From the NCBI GenBank assembly GCA_021810605.1, contig JAJZIL010000001.1:604-64603 (forward strand): DNA of 64,000 nucleotides, written 5' to 3'. The DNA is from a bacterium. Its GTDB lineage: Bacteria > Patescibacteriota > Dojkabacteria > JAKAPS01 > JAJZLI01. The notes under the pieces were generated by a model. That model was not told the DNA's origin. It was given only the letters and a program-made list of their open reading frames with translations, and did not search any database. Shown here in pieces: positions 62,101 through 64,000 of this stretch. Numbering within the stretch: position 1 is the stretch's first letter; each line of letters begins with the position of its first letter. Position numbers and translations under genes: made by a program.

Positions 62101-63669
62101 ATCTAGAGAAAACTTAGGGACAAAATATGCCAAACCAAAACCTACACCTAAAATTGGATTTGATAAAGTTAATCCAACAATAAGTCCTGGAACTAAGGCT
62201 TCTATTCCATCCTTTGCAATAAGTTTTGCTACTCCAAAACTAAATCTAAAACTATCTAATGAAGTTAGAACTCTCCCCATTAATCCTTCCCCAGTAACAT
62301 TTCTCAAAAGTGAAAATGTTAATTCTTGCCTTTCTCCAACATACTCTGCAAGCTTAAATATAGTTTTATCTATAAGGAATTCTGCTGCTAAAATAATTGC
62401 ACCTGGAAGAAGAGCTAGAAAATCTAAAAACTTTAAAACTCTTCTTTTCTTTATTTTAGGACGCCTTTTTGTAGGAGATATAGAACCTACTCCTCTTAAT
62501 CTTTTCGAAATTTTTGAATTATTTATTTTTCTTCTTAAAAAATCTATTCTTGTTATTCTTCCTGTTGAAGGATTTCCTTCTATATTTTCTAATCTTTCCT
62601 TAAAAGCAGTTTCAAAATTTTCTGAGAATTTTTTTCCTTCAGTATTAATAAAAGAATTTGATAACTCAGACCAAATATATCCAGACCTATATTGAGAATG
62701 AAGATTCTTTTTTTCTGGATATAAAAATTTATTTACCCGTCTATATTTTAAAAGAGATATAGAATCTGAAGAACGTACTCTTCCTATATTTTTTTCATTT
62801 ACAAGTTTATTTAAAAGAGATACATACGAATGAGTATTTTCTTTTGCAACCCTTTCTACTATAGGATTTCTTTCTTTTGCAATTTCTGCACTCCATTTAG
62901 AAACCTCTGAACTAGAAGTTGTTCTTGATACAACTAAAGTTTTTTCCCATTGAGACATAAGTTTCCAGGAAGAAGGAAGCGAAAATAATTTAGATTTTTT
63001 AATTTTTCTATGAGAATCATTATCTAAGACAAATTCTAAAAGATGATTAAATTTAAAGGTTTTATCATTAATTGGTGCAGCAGAAATATCAACCCCTTTT
63101 TGATCTTTTAATATCTGAATTCTACCTTCATCTGTCTTTATTGGATTAAGATTTTCATCCAATGCATACATATAACCTTTTGTATATAATGTTTCTATCT
63201 CTTTTTCTATTACAGAAAGCCAAAGATTTCCTCTCCCTGTTAAATCTCTTTGAAATCCATCTAATCCAAATACATATTTTTTACTAGATCTAAGTGCAAA
63301 TTGAGGATAAAAATTCTTTGCTATTGCAGGGACTAAAGCTTGAGCTAAAAGATATGCTTCTCTATCTTTGAAGTTCCTTTTGTAAATAGTTGATAGATGT
63401 TTTGAAAAATCTCTGTATAAATTTTCTGTAATTGTAAGTTGAATAAACTTTTTTGATTGAGAAACTTTTACTATTGGGGAAAGTTTATTTATTAATTCTT
63501 GAGGAATAGTTCTATTATCTATAGACCCAGAATTTCTATATTCGTCTAAATATGAAGATAGATTGATTCTAGATAAAGATATATCTCTAGCAAGATCAAT
63601 ATCTCTATAATAATTATCTGTATATAATAAATTTAATTTACTTCTTAAAGATTCTAAATCAGCATTCAT
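59104..63669 (-). CDS. Giant (1521 aa) multi-TM glycine-rich protein
   Basis: Two blocks of GxxxG/GA-rich hydrophobic helices separated by a charged soluble domain; short C-terminal extracellular tail. Confidence 0.85.
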   Translation of the reverse strand: MNADLESLRSKLNLLYTDNYYRDIDLARDISLSRINLSSYLDEYRNSGSIDNRTIPQELINKLSPIVKVSQSKKFIQLTITENLYRDFSKHLSTIYKRNFKDREAYLLAQALVPAIAKNFYPQFALRSSKKYVFGLDGFQRDLTGRGNLWLSVIEKEIETLYTKGYMYALDENLNPIKTDEGRIQILKDQKGVDISAAPINDKTFKFNHLLEFVLDNDSHRKIKKSKLFSLPSSWKLMSQWEKTLVVSRTTSSSEVSKWSAEIAKERNPIVERVAKENTHSYVSLLNKLVNEKNIGRVRSSDSISLLKYRRVNKFLYPEKKNLHSQYRSGYIWSELSNSFINTEGKKFSENFETAFKERLENIEGNPSTGRITRIDFLRRKINNSKISKRLRGVGSISPTKRRPKIKKRRVLKFLDFLALLPGAIILAAEFLIDKTIFKLAEYVGERQELTFSLLRNVTGEGLMGRVLTSLDSFRFSFGVAKLIAKDGIEALVPGLIVGLTLSNPILGVGFGLAYFVPKFSLDFANYFSVQNPLVSNIIERIASTMTDRALSLPEIIFKSGTFGVTTAVVGTIAAALFGVTGLPLVAVGVGLFGVGSALKAVDLSFVGRTIGSYSAALDSGSSFLFKSEYLIEFGGAGSLVGIGLALFTGNPLFLSLAGAGLVSGGVADFFKSSLFEDTVLHNISGITAYDVVHIGVGFTGGAALIGFAFGGPVGAVIGAVVSGGISSIVTYIGKRGSRFIIDSKPLAERTLLEGDLRLTSERLDFLKALEKESLYREFYKSGYTSDMLDRFYSDKGIYEYFHDPKIFIPDARYIVDELKTIREDSSLLHQEVLRGYDPSNAFNFYGESINMSATNLEDFLRSLRDPFGRNLSPELIDKLSADSNIQNIYENLDNSERFDSLMKNIYREDIKDLAGWSQDEEIMSRFEKSLQNIRDGSKFGTKLVSREMSSYYKISDILKDPLAKNFIDPEILKGKLLDFFNSRGEMDLYNSLSNTDIRTFLSEHGLNLDLKYPEFVEKFGSVEEFRGFDLGVSFVGSDFYKFLTNINISVGSVFPDLFKGADNSLSFRELFMEMKDQDAFARLFDSESIIKSIVGIELKEPILIALKNSGLGALGKISTTINLNLYPKFNITTEDLFKNFSSGVFGGVIISVFLGVTNPLILMGITAGYIGLKTGLTILSKMDPSTAVVGNILSKDTIIKTSKFIDSGATPGLVAGLVASYFFGTIPGILFGAGVGAAWGVYRLLNPAVEGVKGLAARFMNFIGDKIFDPAFLVYFDTQLATLDFWKGLFFQRGIGGFLGSALTAGFGIASAVGISGGLAAALSGAGVFGALGAGIFGVGGYVATLAGLGVVGIGVIGINFFLEGVFGHGIFFYVGDFFKKVVSTIGSWFGQAAAVASLGFDILIGILALLFKTEFDIDDFLRTIFIMVLGWGLMASLIGGGTTSGGNNNNTSNTVNHNSTPASSFLNTSGKIINIENNPGSITADTIFVKTSSGILKINTTNPYLYKGETLYKGEYLGE

Positions 63670-63671
63670 AA

Positions 63672-64000
63672 TTAATCATACTCATAATTAAATAGATTTT
63701 CTACATAAGTTTTATTTGCAAAAAAATTATTAATATCATCTTCACAGAAAGTTCCATTTTGTATTATTTGAAACATACGAAAAACTAAACTATCTTCATC
63801 TGCATCAAGAAAAAAAGAGAATATACCATCTAATTGAATATATTTTCTTATCTTTGATAGAATTATTTCATTTTTTATATATTTAAATCCAGATAAACCT
63901 TTATATTTATCTAAATAACTATAATTCTCATCTTTTGTTATCTCTAATCTTAAGTCTAAATCAGTATATTTTTGTCTTGATATAAAAGATTCTTTTTCTA
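63672..64000 (-). CDS. 3' end of a hypothetical protein entering from beyond the window
   Basis: Manual translation is open throughout (EKESFISRQKY...NLFNYEYD*); stop lies 2 nt before the giant ORF start. Confidence 0.7.
   Translation of the reverse strand, partial: EKESFISRQKYTDLDLRLEITKDENYSYLDKYKGLSGFKYIKNEIILSKIRKYIQLDGIFSFFLDADEDSLVFRMFQIIQNGTFCEDDINNFFANKTYVENLFNYEYD

Noticed and set aside
59104-63669. Prophage tape-measure interpretation
   Set aside because: No terminase, capsid, tail or integrase genes lie in the window, and the neighbours carry signal peptides. Not excluded beyond the right edge.
1-64000. Alternative genetic code (TGA = Gly, as in Gracilibacteria/Absconditabacteria)
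   Set aside because: Long conserved genes are uninterrupted in code 11, and several genes (for example the SDR, 12549..13277, 54374..54784) end sensibly at TGA.
1-64000. tRNA, rRNA or IS elements
   Set aside because: No T-arm (GGTTCGA) cloverleaf context, rRNA-like GC-rich tract or transposase motif was seen by eye.

Overview
Extremely AT-rich bacterial chromosomal segment read in the standard code (TGA = stop). The gene content points to a Patescibacteria/CPR-type episymbiont (inference). It carries a tandem array of VirB2/TrbC-like pilins, a UvrD-PD-(D/E)XK helicase-nuclease, groES/groEL with a degenerate CIRCE, murJ, a truncated valS and rplY. About 40 kb is surface-glycan machinery (GT2, GT4, GT-C, Wzm/Wzt, a methyltransferase-coiled-coil-GT4 fusion). 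Accessory islands are interspersed: (i) a peptidase S51/VirD4-like ATPase/NDT-like/Replic_Relax/SDR operon; (ii) a kinase with a putative pseudokinase partner; (iii) a restriction-like nuclease fused to a phage-type 'PSTWKLP' domain; (iv) a decayed NYN gene plus a KAP NTPase; (v) secreted GH18 and S8 enzymes sharing a six-repeat GYYxxTxDGGVYTFGDA module; (vi) a split cytochrome-b/FNR pair; (vii) an FDQD-repeat protein behind a perfect sigma70 promoter; (viii) a right-end operon with a 1521-aa glycine-rich membrane protein and two putative cell-wall hydrolases, each followed by a paralogous small membrane protein. I found no rRNA, tRNA, CRISPR or transposase. All family calls come from motif recognition by eye, not database searches.
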